DNA of 63,680 nt, filler included, from Choristocarpus tenellus KU-1152 (GCA_964200185.2; 9 parts of 9 records of this genome joined end to end with filler, not necessarily neighbours in it); one strand, 5' to 3'. Shown: positions 12,796-26,684, counted from the first letter of the whole stretch. A program made the numbers and translations. The notes: generated by a model from the sequence alone, not told the origin.

Positions 12796-14424
12796 CTGTT
12801 GTTTTTGCACTTATCCAACCTTAACGTCGTCCTCTTTGCTATGGTTCGTCTTTGTCTGGTCAGTCATGACTGATGGTTCTCTTCGCCACCTTGCCTGGCT
12901 GTCCACACTGAATCATACCATTCACAAATACCACAAAAAAATCCGAGGAAGGAGATCCTTCCTCTTATTAAAGAAAGTCCGCTCCGTTTCAAAAAAAGTC
13001 CGTCCCTGGGTAATCCTTCTGGTCTACGATAGTAGTCTCTCCTACTCCAAAAAATACGAGGAAGAGGAACATTTGGACACTAAAAAAACGTGATTATACA
13101 CATATAATTGTACTTCGAAGTATAATATGCAATATACAACCAACAAAAGAGTAGCAGTGAGAATGTACAATTAATTCCATACTCTAACTTCAACAAATAT
13201 ATCACTCACAAACTCCCCTCTTTCTCCATCACATATCACTCAACACGATCAATCTTCAAAACTTGTAACAAGCCTGAAACCCAAATCTTGAAAGTAAACG
13301 ACTAATAATGGAGGGTGACCATGGGAAAGATCACCATGAAGGTAAGGGCGACAGTGGGAGGGTGTCTTCGTGGCGGTTCAACTACAATTGAACATTAACA
13401 AAAACTCCATAAAGTCACCACTTGATCTACCATCGAAACTACCTATTTCCCCCTTACCCTTCTTCCAGAAATGAATAACTCTATAACTTGTCACCATTCT
13501 GTTGAGGTTAACCGAGTCAACTAAGTGCACACGATGAAATTGACAGCGGTAAAGAAGCGAAGAAGTTCATGACGCCTTTCGTCATTTTATCCTTGACCCC
13601 TGCAGAGTTTCTAGTTGAAGGCTGTTATCTAACACCCTCTAACCAGCATCGATTGACCTAGTATGTCCAACTATCCCCTTTACTTAGGTGGTAGAGGTCA
13701 TCACGGAGACAAAGGCCGCGAAGGTTGTGGAGGCCCAGGTCCTCACGGCGGTAAGATCATGAGTTCTGCTGCGTGAGGGATGAGTAGAGCTTCAGGTTCT
13801 GTTTTTTTTATTATCGTATCATCCACATAAGAACTATCACTTCCTAGCGAGTCCTCACTACAAGATCATTGAGTTTTGTTCAAAGTACTTCACCATCAAC
13901 CCTTACTTATTGCATCTACCATCCCAACGGCACACCAACTATTCAACTATTCAACTGTCCACGGCCAATACGGGATGTTAAATGCCTTTTAAAGTACCAT
14001 TGAAACATCCACTCGTCCGTATGTCCAATGCTGTTTTCATTTCTTTCACTTTTCTTCCACCAATAATGACAAAATCAGTTGGAAATATACACGAAAGCAC
14101 AGGAATTTATGCATGGTGCGTGTGTAAAATCCCGTATGTGTACCAAGTTTGAATTTCTATTTTGGTAGTCACACACAAGACCTCGTCGATTGTCTAGGAG
14201 TACCTTCAATTTCTCCTTCATCTGATCCTACTTGATCACAATCGACAAAACGCAGCAGGGGAAGTTCTTACGAGTAAAATCAATGTCCAGCCATGATTCT
14301 GACCATTGCACCCATGCGTAACCATTCCCATATTGTTAACACACCTGAAGCAATATTAAAATAATTCAAGTCTGATGCAGGAGTACGTTCACCTTTACAT
14401 CCTCACCCTTAGGTGAACACCATC

Positions 14425-14507
14425 CTCCGCATGGTGACGGTCCCCGAGGTCACCCCCCCCATGGCGATCACCCCCCGCATGGTGATCACCCTCCCCATGA
14501 CGGTCCC
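14425..14507. repeat. Degenerate ~18-bp tandem repeat (GGTGATCRCCATGNGGGG-like on the minus strand)
   Basis: 4-5 units, translating GDRHGE/GDHHAG/GDRHGG on the minus strand. Confidence 0.6.
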
Positions 14508-14649
14508 AAGCATTGTTGATAGTCCGATAATCGAGTCCCACAAGCAATCGGCGAAATTCTGATTGGTGCTCAAGAGGAAGCACGTCAAAATGACTTCTTG
14601 GGTGGTATTTGATTTTTTCACGCGTAAGGTGTTCCAATTTGGACTAGTT

Positions 14650-15551
14650 TGTGAAGTATGGATAGCAAGAACATTGTTTGTAGCTAGATTATGCACTGTT
14701 CAAGGGTGAGACTTTTGCTGTGCAAGGGCATGATTTGTTGAGGTTAAACATAAGTTAGATACAAGGCCGTTCCTTGAGAGGTGTTACTTGTGTGGAATTT
14801 CCTGCAGCATGCCTACCTATCCAGTGTGTCTAGGATTCTATAGATACATCGAACTCCATCTCTGTGTGAGTTAGTAGCAGGGACTAAAGGGGACTATCAT
14901 AGGGAGAGAGGGCAGAGTGCGGACTCCTGTGTCACAAAAATTGTGTTCATGGTTGCAAATCCCGCAAGTGGAGGTACATAAATATGAGTGGTTGAATTGT
15001 GCATAGTATGCCCGAAAGGCATTTAGTAGCAGTTGCAGGTTGTGTGCTCTGCCAACACAGCTGAGGAATGGCATGCCGTAGCCAATGGGCACAGGATGAA
15101 AACCTGATGGAGGGGTTGGTAAAGTATGTGATGATCTATGGTGGGTTATCACATTGGGGTTCAATGTATATTTGTTGTTAGTTGATTCCTGTTGGGATTC
15201 TCTCCTATTATCGTGCTAGCTACTTCACCAGGGCACGGAACTTGAGAGCTTACACCATCCAGTCTGTTGTTGCGGACTTTTAACATGCCATTCAGTGATA
15301 TATCGCATTATAGAATCAGCTAATAAGAGGTTCTAGGCAAAATATTTGAGGTGCACCTTGTGCACTCCAACAGGCATTGTACTTCTCATTTCGATAGTTG
15401 CAGGTATTTCACCACAACGGACTACATGAACATACTGTCCATTTCTTGCCTGACTATAACAGAATGGCCAATCTAACCCAAACATCACCATGGTTCCACT
15501 GCTGAACTCGCATCTGGATTGCGTTGGATAATGTTGTAATTGGTCAAGCAC
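14650..15551 (-). pseudogene. Highly degenerate coding relic, possibly Ulp1-like plus USP-like protease domains
   Basis: Fragments GQYVHVV...IEMRST, PQQQ(frameshift)DGVS, CTSTCGICNHE and VLAIHTSQTS, with many stops and frameshifts. Confidence 0.2.
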
Positions 15552-16708
15552 GACTCAATCATTCAGGGTGAAGATAGAGGGAATCACCTAAAGATTGGAA
15601 GTCATAACATCCATTTGGATTCCGAAAGAGATACACCCACTTCACACTACGCCATGCAGCTTCTACTTCCTTGATATACTTCGATATACTTCGAGGTCTT
15701 GAACACGAAAAAATTATGCGAATGTCCATTCTGTATCAAAAACATCAGCTTAGAATAGTTCTGAGAAAGATAGTCCTGTCCTCTTCAGAGCAAGACTTGT
15801 TGCACAGATGTTCCAACAGATTCTGGTGGTGGGGTCTAACTGATGGTAGTAGAAAGAATGACAATGGAGATGGAGGGAGAGCTTGCTAATAATGCGAAAT
15901 GTGATCCATCTTCCTTTCAGTTTCAGAACAAACTCTAACAACAATGAATAATTAAAGAACACCAAACTAGGAGGGTTGGGTGCTGTATAATTTCTGCAGA
16001 GTCTAGTGCCTGCATCAAATCGAAATACCTAACTAATTCAAAGAAAAAAAAGGCAATACACACTGCATTTAACCCCGTTCAGAACACTTTTTTTGTGAGT
16101 AAGCGTAGTAATGTGTGTCGTACGACTCTCCGATATCCTCGAAAATGCCACAGAAGGGAGCATATACAAACAACGCAATGCTAGATTAAGGCTTATTTTC
16201 TTGGTACTTCTCGCCCAAGAAGAAATTTCACCTGTAACAGAAATGCCGATTTTGTTTCAATGCACAGAATTAGATGCCCTTCCTACAATTTTCATTTTTT
16301 GAATATCTCATTCTGGTTTTCAATTTCTCACTTGGTTACAAAATTATAGTTTGTACCTACCAGTGGTGTTTTTGATGTGTTGCACCCAGACTGCTTTTAT
16401 CAGGTGGTTGTGGCGTTGACGTGTGCCTTGATAAGAGAGAATTTATGTAATTGCGCCGTGCCATAGTTGTAGTGTATACAAATGGGTTAGAGTGTCTGTG
16501 GGAGAAGCACGATGTATATATATTGTCGAAATATCGCATGCTCCATCATATTATGTACGTTTTTGTTGATGGGGGGGTAATTGCATGAATGCATCTACAG
16601 GGTAGGGCATTGCAGAGAAGTGCACGTATTTTCCACTTTATACTGGATGGAATACTACTTTCATTTTCCCAGTTCAAGGTGTTTGGTTGAATGTTGGAGT
16701 TTGTGACA

Positions 16709-16887
16709 GGCTTGAAGTATCTAGGCGGGGGGGGCGTCTGTCCATTTGGGGCCCATTTTTCCATGTCGCAACTTTGGGTGATTGGTTGCATGAGTCGGGA
16801 TGGATAATATAAAGTGCACTTTTTCCTGGTCAGGACCCAAATGGATACCCTGGTGTGAACCCCCCCCCCCCCCCGCCTACTTGCCCC
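16709..16887 (+). mobile_element. MITE family A, near-complete diverged copy
   Basis: Colinear with 26867-27045; right terminus eroded. Confidence 0.85.
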
Positions 16888-16953
16888 GGATCCTTGTTCT
16901 AACCAATTTTGAGGACATCTGGTGCTCACCAAACCACATTGGCAGCGAAGAGC

Positions 16954-17053
16954 NNNNNNNNNNNNNNNNNNNNNNNNNNNNNNNNNNNNNNNNNNNNTTA
17001 ATTAATTAANNNNNNNNNNNNNNNNNNNNNNNNNNNNNNNNNNNNNNNNNNNN
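16954..17053. other. Artificial contig linker
   Basis: N-TTAATTAATTAA-N, 100 bp. Confidence 0.98.
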
Positions 17054-17104
17054 TGGACACTCTCGTGTAGACTTCCCTCTCCCCCCCCCCAGATACTTTG
17101 GGTC
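17054..17104 (+). mobile_element. MITE family A, right arm at contig start
   Basis: TGGACACTCTCGTGTAGAC-polyC-AGATACTTTGGGTC. Confidence 0.85.
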
Positions 17105-20100
17105 TTTATTTTGATATTTCCTTGTGGAAGTTGGACTTGAAATAGTTAGTAATGGCAGTTGGTCAGGGCGAAGGTTGGAGCATCTATGGTAAGTATTTTT
17201 TTCTGATCCCCACCCTTTCTTGTCTGTATCCTACCTTAGCCCTTCTTTGGTGTTCCAAAGCCTACGAACTCTTGCACACTGAAGAAGAGCATTGAATGGG
17301 TCCATTGTTCAGTTTGTAAGCACTTTGTTTGACTCCATTCATTGATATTTGTTGTTACAGAAGTACACTCCTTCTATCCTTGACATCAAGGTCCTAGGAC
17401 CTGATTTGCTGTGAACTCATTTGATGGGTGATTTTTTTTCAGTTTCATTTCACATGGTGTGCGTAGTCATTGGTTGCTGCATTGTACTACAGGAATGTGT
17501 CCCCGCTAATGGGATAGCTTTGTTCATGCAATTAAGATTGATCTAGTAGTAGTAGAATGCCCTTTTCCTGTTTTATCACTGTTTTAAAATAAATAGATAC
17601 CAATGCAGTGGTCAATGAAGGGATTATTCTTTTTTTTTCACTGGTTGATTGTTGAGAGTAAGATATTTTCCAATCAAATTTTGAATATCTAAATTTACTC
17701 TCTGCTGCAAAACAACCCATTCGAACACAATGTGATGTCTTCTTACATGAGTTGCTTTAACTGTTTGGCTATGCCTCGACACCATTCAGGAGACGTTTTT
17801 TGTGATTGTGCAGAACATTCTGTGTTGGATAGTACCCAACTATGGTACTCTAAGAGTTATTTACATGAGGACTTTAGCGAGTGCGAGATAGTCGCGTTCA
17901 TGTGGTGATACTTGAAAAGTCTGCAATTTCTTTACGTACGCTTGCAAAAAAATATTGCCTATCGTGCTACAAATTGGAGGGATGAAGACACGTTGTAGAC
18001 ATGCAGGTTTCAACACTCTTCTGTTCTATATTCAGCATGTAGGAGAAAGAAGTGTGAAGTAAAGAAAACAAACATAACCATTGATTTGGATTGACAGAAA
18101 TGTGTGAAGTTTCGGGTCTATAGTTAGTGTAACCCTTGTGCTACACTTCGGGGCAGGATCCTTGTTGCAATTGTAGAGTTAGTGCTTCTGATCGTCTGTG
18201 CAGATCAAAAACCAACTTCCCCTTTCACATGGACGAACTCTTCGATTTGGTGGAAGGTGTTTGAATCTACTTGTCCCTCAGTGTCCCAGTGCTTTGCCCA
18301 TCTCAGCCTTCTTTGTAGCTTCGACTCATTAGCAAGGAATGGGTTAAGATAGGTTGAACATGCCCCGAAACCAAGTTTCTTCGTGTTGTCATGCAGAGAG
18401 GGTGGGGGGATACCAAGGCATCTGAAGTTGGTCACCAGCATCCTTCTGATTCTTGTCGACCTCCCAAACCCTTGAGATGGTCACTCTACATTTTATACAG
18501 CCAATCAAACATCTTGGAAACGGTCACTCGCTTTTTATACAGCCCTTCTCACAGCCTCGAATCACTTATGTGCACAGAGGAGCTAGGCTTTCTTGGGGAG
18601 TACCCCCAGGCTTGGTGAAGATCAATTGGAATATTTCTCACCTCATTTTCTAACCACCATTTTGACTTCATTCCAGAGCCGTTTGGAATCATTTTGGAAC
18701 CATGTTGCATATTTGGACGTACATCAATCCTCTAATAGGTTAAGGAAATATTCTTCCACAATCACCATCCCCATTTTCCTAAGGTTCAATCCACCTTTCC
18801 CCTGCCCACATGGTGACAACACAATGCTCTTAATACGTGTTGCACCACAGTGTATTATTCAAACGTACCACAGGGTACTCTAAGATGGTGCCACACGTCG
18901 ACTGGCAAATGTCACCCCCATGGCATATTCACACAGCAAATCGCTTTGTATCCTTACCACATTCATCGCATCCCACATCACACAATGAGTATTCAACACA
19001 TGAAATACTACGTAACATCTATACCTTCGAACATCACAAACAAAATACTCCAAAGTAGCCGTACCTGTCGATTGACACCATCTTCTTTGCACAGTTTCAT
19101 GATAACTTGTACTTTCACCACATTCGATCATCACATTCCAAATCAAACACCACATAACATCTATATGCCCAACAACATCCCACAAAATGCACCATAATTG
19201 TCACACTTATTCATCAACAGAAGCGGCCATTTCTGGACATGTTCACGACACACTTCGTACACAATACAACTGATCCCTCCTCCACAAAACTCAACTCCCT
19301 TAACACCTAAAAAAAAATCCAAGGGCCACACTCGTCAATCGACAGGATATTATGCCTGTTGCGCATTCTTCATCACCACACACTATCCTAAAAACTTCTT
19401 CCTCCATCCCTTACCCGTATCCTCTTCTTTTTCGCGATATCTACTACATGCTCACACGAGTATGCCCCACTTCGCTCACACACACACACATACACACATC
19501 TGTCGCACAACAACCAACATCATGCACCACTCTTGCATACCTCATATTTTTGGAAGAGAGAAGTTGGTAGACCAATAAATCAGAGATCTTTCGATCTTCA
19601 AAGAAAAATAAGACGGACGACATCCTTGAACTGCTTTGCTCCAAGCTTGTCGACGAGTATGGACAGGACGAGGGGGATGAAGATAAGTACACATGGCGCC
19701 ATCTAGCTACTTGGTTCTGGGCTGAGGACAAGAAATTTGCACCCTTGGCAAAAAAAGGCACTTTGGGAGGTGGTCTCTCAAAAGAAGTTTGTCTCCACAC
19801 CCGATCATTAAGTGAAGACCTTCCTCAACTCAATCAAGAAGGACTATAAAACTGACTATAATCATCAGATGTACCACTCCATTATCGCATGCATACCTGC
19901 CAATATCAAACTCCACGACAATGGGGTCACTGGTTACCAACTTAGCCTCTTGGACATTGGATATGGGTGTACAATATTAGGACCGAGATGCTCCGAACTA
20001 CTGCGGTGAAGCCACGTGTGTTCTTCATTTGTTTAACATTCAGAACCACACCTCGGATGACGGGCGTCGATGACGTTCTTTGATATTTTTCATCTTGAAG

Positions 20101-21633
20101 CACAAGTCGGACAACAGACTTCGAGGACATGTTTCTTTTTTGTTAGCATTTAGATGCAAGCGTTGAACGATGGACTTCAATCGTGTTCTTCAAATTTGTT
20201 TTATCTTCAGAAGAATGCGTCGAACCACCAACCTTCATTAAAATATGTATGACATACAATCATGATGTACGTCCTGACCCTCCTTCCTCCTCAAAATACA
20301 CGACTTTGCACCATGCAACAGGACGGGCAACCAGCTCCCCATTTCGTCCCTCTTCAGGAAAATCTCATCCATGACTTCCTACACCTTTTCCGGAACAACC
20401 TTGACGATACCTACACCATCTTTCGTGGACAGTACTAGCGGCTCACTTCAGAGTCCAACCGGCAGACCCTCAGTGGAACACCTACTGTCTTCTCAAGACA
20501 ACAAACATGTAGGGACACATCCCACACCAAGTTTGAAAGAGGGACCAGCTTTATCTTGAGCAGCAATGGGGATACTATTGTATGACGAAAGTCTACGAGG
20601 TAGATGTGAATGATTTCGGGTATCTTGTTTACTCTTTGGCTGTATGAGTGAAAGGGTGGCGTACCACAAAACACAATCCACAATTTGACATGGTATACTA
20701 ATTTGCCCTTCATAAGGGAATCAATGACTGGGTTAGCTCTTATTCTGCCTTCTGGCTCTCGCCTTCTTTACTGCCACTCTTCACTCCTTGTCCACTCTGC
20801 AAACTCGTTTCATCCAACACTCCTACCTTCGTCCTGAACTGGCAGGTGCATTGCAACGGGCCTTTCGGACTGGCACCTCACCAACCTTTCACTTTGTTCC
20901 TTAGGGGAACAGGTACTTCGAAAAGAGTTTTTTTCCAAATTAACACCAGACCAAATTGCTTCTGCGTATCTTCTTTCATTTCCTCACCCATTGAAACATT
21001 TTTTGGTGAGTGAAAAATCCTTACAAATTAACAAAACGTGGGAGGATAGTCAATGATTTTACAAGGGGTTTTTTGCCTAACCAACCGAATAATCTTACGT
21101 GCATTTCCCCTTCTTCTTCATCACCCTTCCTATTAAATTTTCAGTGGTTGAGAAATCCTTTCGCTTGAACCTTGCGAGGACGGGAAGGGCATTTTTGTTT
21201 GATTTACCTTTCCTTTTTCTTGTCCATGCACTTGCCACCGTAGCCAATGGTATGCTCCCTAGAGCTCGCAACCTCAACAAGACTGCTTGACTTGGGACAA
21301 TCATGGATTGCTCCTTGTGCCTACTGCAATTCCAATCCTGATCGTAAAAAGCCATTCAACCTCTTAGTACTTGAGCACCATAAGGAAAGGCATGTAAAGG
21401 GAATGACTGGGCTTAGCTGCATGGTATCATTCTCTTTCATGTAAAGACTCATCCCAGACTTGCTCCTACTAAAATTAGTCTTGTAATTTATAATGCCGCT
21501 AAATGGAGAGTACATTTCTATGTCATTCATTGGTGGAGTATGTCGAAAATTTAGCAAACCCCTTTGAGTCGCCGGAAAGTAATCAGAAACATAGGCTACT
21601 CCCTCTGTGATACATAGATACAGTTCAGTATCA

Positions 21634-22158
21634 TTACCTCGTGTCAACTGCTACATCATCCACTAGTAATGTTTCCTTTGCATGTGAGTACCCACATCGT
21701 TTGGTATACTGACCTGCATGGTATATGATACGACTTACCGTTGCACTCTGCATGGTCGTAGTACGTTTGATCCCTGGATTAGGTAGATCTTCGATGTACA
21801 AACTCTGTACGCCACCACCCCTGTGATACATACGGCTTGATTCAGACTTATACTTGATCCTCTATTATTTTCTTATAGGACAAATAATCCTGGTATCTTG
21901 TGTTATGGTTTTCAAAGTGTAGCACTCTCTGCCACACTCTGTGTTGGAACATGGAATTGAATGGATCGTGCTCTATTATACAGTGACATGTTGGTTGTGG
22001 TGAAGGGGTGTCATAGTGCAGTGAAGCACCGATGAGAGTTCGTGCTGGTGAACCCTGTGACATGCTTTGCACAGGTAGAGGTTATTTGGTCGAGTGATGT
22101 TGGGTATTTCTTGCTTGGTGCATTCAAAGGCAGAGATCCATACTCTGTGTAGAGTCAC
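21634..22158 (-). pseudogene. Degenerate USP-like (peptidase C19) relic, probably TE cargo
   Basis: CKACHRVH Zn-pair, then IIYHAGQYTKRCGY...LVDDVAV resembling a His-box/Asp-box; frames are interrupted. Confidence 0.25.
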
Positions 22159-22482
22159 CTTGTGAACAAGGGTTTTGTGGATGTTTTAACTCTGAATATA
22201 TAGTATCCAGTTGTGTATTAGGTACACTTAGTGCAGAGTGAGCTCAGTGTCTAAGTGGGGGCAAGTCCACAACCAGATAAAAAGAATAAACAGTATATAT
22301 GAGGCACAACCAGTGGTTCTGTTGTGAAGATATGCAAACAAAGAAACAAACTTGAATCAATATCTAGGACAGTTCACCTGGCACATACTATGCTTGCATG
22401 TTTGATAGATGTCGACTGTTCCATACTTGCTATGAACTATGGAGTTGTAACGGTGATTGGTGATCCTATGATGTAGTGCCAA

Positions 22483-22553
22483 GGGTCAAAGTATCTGGGG
22501 GGGGGGGGGGGAGGGGGGGAGGGGGGGGGGGGGTTTTGGAAAAAAAAATCTTT
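22483..22553. mobile_element. MITE family A terminus at contig end
   Basis: GGGTCAAAGTATCT followed by poly-G. Confidence 0.75.
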
Positions 22554-22653
22554 NNNNNNNNNNNNNNNNNNNNNNNNNNNNNNNNNNNNNNNNNNNNTTA
22601 ATTAATTAANNNNNNNNNNNNNNNNNNNNNNNNNNNNNNNNNNNNNNNNNNNN
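22554..22653. other. Artificial contig linker
   Basis: N-TTAATTAATTAA-N, 100 bp. Confidence 0.98.
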
Positions 22654-22859
22654 TTTTTGTTGTTTGTCCCTCCCCCCCCCCCCCCCCCCCTCTCCCCCCC
22701 CCCCCCCCCCGGGTTTTTGTTTTTTTTTTCCCCCCCCCCCCCCCCCCCCCCCCCCGCCTGCCTTCCTGCTGGCTCTGATTCACTACAATTGTGTTGATCC
22801 TTGTTGAGCGTTCGAATCGTACGACTGCAAGGTGAAACCTCTCTCTGACCTCGTTTTGA

Positions 22860-22861
22860 CA

Positions 22862-22892
<31 letters not shown>

Positions 22893-22920
22893 CAAAACAA
22901 AAAACAAAAAACAAAAAAAG
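22860..22920. repeat. (AAAAC)n microsatellite
   Basis: Direct reading. Confidence 0.9.
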
Positions 22921-24011
22921 AATTGAACAGGATTTAAAAAAAATAAAATAAGATGTGTTTGTATCTCATTGCCCCGTGTGTTTTTGTGTTTGGGTGGGTG
23001 TTTTTATTTTATTTTTTTGTGCATTTTTTTTTCTTTCTTGTGAACGACGGTTATGATCTTCTATCGGTACGTTAGACTTGTTATTGTTGAGACGGATTTT
23101 GTTGATGGTTATCATGAATATAAATATATTTATATATATATATATATATGTCTGTTGAGTTGTTGTTAGTGATTGGTGTAACCTTGATACGATGAAGTGT
23201 ATTTCCTGTGCGGGGTCTCCTTTTGTGTGTTGGTCATTTTTTTTTGGGGGGGGGGAAGGGGGGGATCTATGACAAGGTAAGTCAAATGTATCAGGTATTC
23301 GAGAGATGTCCTGTAAGAGGTCCTTTCCTATGTCGAGCTTCAATGCATCCCTCTGTGTGATCCCATGGTGCACTTTACAGGAGATACTGTTCTACATAAT
23401 ATATATTACAGTAGTTGCAATGAAGACAATGGAATTCCCCCCTCTCCCCCATTCCTGGTAGAACTTATTTTGCACTATGAGGTGGGGTGGGTGGGGGGAG
23501 ATGAGTATGGGGACTCGAGTTTACATGTTTCTCAAAGGCTGTCAAGGCAGGAATAAGCAATGAAAATGCCTTTGTGCTCCCCTAGTATCCTTCTTTGTAA
23601 TCTGTTGTATATATTGCAAAGGCGTGAATATGTTGTGTTACAGGTAATGTTGCCATCAGCGAGCCCGGAGGGTTGAACGTTTCCTGTTGTTGGTGTTGGT
23701 GTTGGTGTTGGTGTTGGTGTGGGGTAATGGTTTGTTCTACCTATGATAGTGAGGGCCATGTGTGTGTGGTCGGTGGGTTTTGCTCTGCAATGAATTTGAA
23801 CTCTTGGCATTTTGTATGTTTGTTTATGTATATCTAAGTTTTTTTGTTTTATGTGTTTAAAAAAAAAGTGAGCATTTTGTGTATGTTCTAGGCATTTGTG
23901 AACCACTTCCGTCTGTCCAGCATCTGTTCAAACGTTTTTTTGTGTGCAGGAGGAAGAGAAGTGTATGTGGTGTACATTTTTGTTGTTGTTGTAGGTGATG
24001 AGTAACCCTGA

Positions 24012-24175
24012 ATAGTACTGTAGTACTGTACTTGTTGTAGCAGTAGTAGTAGTAGTAATAGTAGTGGTAGTATTAGTGTAGTAGTAGTGGCAGTAATAGT
24101 AGTAGTACTGTAGTAGTAGTAATAGTAGTAGTAGTATTGTAGTAGTGGTAGTGGTAGTACTGTAGTAGTAATAGT
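24012..24175. repeat. Imperfect (TAG)n microsatellite
   Basis: Direct reading. Confidence 0.9.
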
Positions 24176-24726
24176 TCAATTACTAAGTGTTTCTTTTTTT
24201 TGTTTTTGTATTTTACTTACTTACAGGCTTACGTACAATCAGTTTACGCTCTCATTTTTTTTTAATGATTCAAAATGTATTTTGTAATACTTGAGAAGGC
24301 GTGTTGCCCATTTTGTTGACTTCGCGTACAGGAGGTAATGCCAAGTAATATATTTTTTATAGTGATGTCACAGTGGTTGGTGAATGTTTTTCAGTTAAGA
24401 GTGTGCTTGGTGTTAATTGTATAGGGAGAGTCTCTACTATGTTTGATTAATTAAATGATACTCTGAACTAGACACATAGTAGTGGCAGGGATTTATGAGC
24501 TGTATATTAGTCCAACTAATAATATTCACATACATATATTATGGATAAAATATATATTTTTGAAACTATCTAAATCCCTTCTCCCCCATAGCTTTCCTTA
24601 TCTTTCAATTTTTATTGTCTTCTTTCTTTCTCACCTGCCTCATTGAATGAAATAAAATCAGAGCAAGAATCTGTTACATGTAATAATAAGAAGAATACTT
24701 CAAAAATAATTAACTATATTGTACAG

Positions 24727-26584
24727 GTGAAGACGCAGACTGTTTTAGGCGACAAGGCCTACCTCCTCTTCTACACCAGAACGCCTACTTCTTCATCAAA
24801 CCTTGCAACCCCAGGCCCTAACCCTAGTCCTGCCCTTAAGCCCAAACCAATGGGAGGGAATGGTGGAGATAGATTGGGGGGTGACAGGCCAGTCATCGTT
24901 GCCCGTCATGTCATTAAGACCAAGCCAATCTCCCAGCTTGCTTCCTCTCTACTTCAGAATAAGGCTAAGGTGGGGGAGGGGGAGGGGGACCCCGTGGCCA
25001 AGCCAGCAAATGCTGGCCCTCTGGAGGGGGTGAAGACGGCTATGACATCTCATGGGTTCGAGAAGGTTTCTGTGGTTGAAGTAGCAGGAAAGACCCATGG
25101 TGTGGAAACCCAAGAGTTTAAACGGATAGAGAAACATGGCATCAGGGAAGGGGATGTGGAAGTTGATAGAGGAGGAGGGCTGAGTGGTGTCGAGGGGAAG
25201 GCAGGAGAGATCAGGGTAACACCAGTGGTAGAAGATAGAGGAAGAGGGGCAATTTCTGAGTCAGGTTTAGCGGTTGGGGAGCAAGGAGGGGGTGAGGAGG
25301 TTGGAGGGGGGGATGGTGTGATGAAAAGGTCGAACCTGTCTGGTGACAGAGGGGAAGATCGATATGAGAGGTGCCAAGGGGAGGCGGTGGGGGAGATGGT
25401 ATTGGAGTTGGATGGGAATAAGGCGTCGCAGGGAGGCGGTAGTGGCGTGGACTATAAAGGAGGGGGGGGGGATGGGGAGGTGAAGGGGAAGGTGTTGCCA
25501 GTGACGCCTGAGGTGACGGCACAAGGGGTGAAGATGGGAGAGGTGGAGGGTGCTCGAAAGACAAGAGAGGGGAGAGTGTCATTGTCATTGTCATCATCAT
25601 CATCATTGTTGAATGGAAAACGTGGGATAGGGGAGGAGGCACTGGTCGGTGATGTTGCTAATGGCCGCGATGTTGTTGATGGAGTTCAGAACGGAGTCGG
25701 TGCTGGTGATGTGGGTGTTGGTATTGTGGGTGTTAGTGTTGGAGTGGGAGCAGAAGAGGTAGAGAGGAAAACAAAGAGGAAGAAGAGGAAGAGGAGGAAG
25801 TGTAGGGAGCAGCAGCAGCAGCAGCAGCCGCAGCCGCAGCCGCAGCCGCAAGCAGAGGAGGGTTTGACAAGGTTATTAGAGGGGAAGGGACTGCTGGAGT
25901 TGCAAGAACATGGTGGTATTGGGCATGGGGGTGTACATAAGAAGGTGATCAGTGGTGGTGGTGAGGTTCTTGGCAATGCGGGTCCCCCTTTTGTGTTGAG
26001 TAGTCCACCTCCCCCCACCAATATGGAGTTGAGTTCGAAAGTGACTGGCAATGATGTGAATGGACACGTTGGGAATGGAAACGGGGGTATGGAAGGGGCG
26101 GGGGGGGTACGGCGGCCAAGAGAGATCATGTCTAGCGTAGGTGGATTGCCAACCGAGGGTGGAGAGAGCGATAGTGATAAAGGACTACGTGGGAGTGGTA
26201 GTGCTGCTGCTGATGCTGCTGATGACCTCAAGGAAAGGAATGGTGTGAATGGGATCGGTTTGGTTGGTGACAGATCTACCACCACCACTGCTGGTGCTGC
26301 TACGAGAGGCCACAGCATGGGGCAGGTGGATGGGTCATCGGGCTGTGGTGCTACGGAGCGATATCCCCTTGCTTCTGCAGGTGCTGGTTCGGGTGGGGTA
26401 AGTGGTGATGGTGGTACCGGCGGGACGGGAGAGGGGGAATGGGCTGGAACTGGGAAGCTGGCGGTGTTTGAGGTTGGGGGGGGGGGGGGGGGTTCGGGGG
26501 GGGGGCCGGGAGGGACTAAGAAGGGGAAGAAGGGGAAGAAGGGGAAGAAGAAGAAGAAGAAGAAGGGGGAGGAGGGGGGGGAGG
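24727..26584 (+). CDS. Ubiquitin-specific protease (possibly USP36/42-like): exon with the end of the catalytic domain and a long Gly/Lys-rich disordered tail; partial
   Basis: Acceptor GTACAG|GTG, then VKTQTVLGDKAYLLFYTR, the terminal AYxLFYxR motif of peptidase C19. More than 600 codons open; NLS-like RKTKRKKRKRRK. The 3' end is low-quality poly-G sequence. Confidence 0.75.
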
Positions 26585-26684
26585 NNNNNNNNNNNNNNNN
26601 NNNNNNNNNNNNNNNNNNNNNNNNNNNNTTAATTAATTAANNNNNNNNNNNNNNNNNNNNNNNNNNNNNNNNNNNNNNNNNNNN
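26585..26684. other. Artificial contig linker
   Basis: N-TTAATTAATTAA-N, 100 bp. Confidence 0.98.

Noticed and set aside
22598-22907. Gly/Lys-rich ORFs crossing N runs
   Set aside because: Low-quality homopolymer contig ends plus linker.
23928-24179. Poly-Y/T/L ORF
   Set aside because: Translation of a (TAG)n microsatellite.
24220-24385. Possible USP micro-exons (AYVQS, GGNAK)
   Set aside because: Weak donor sites; no in-phase His-box could be reconstructed.
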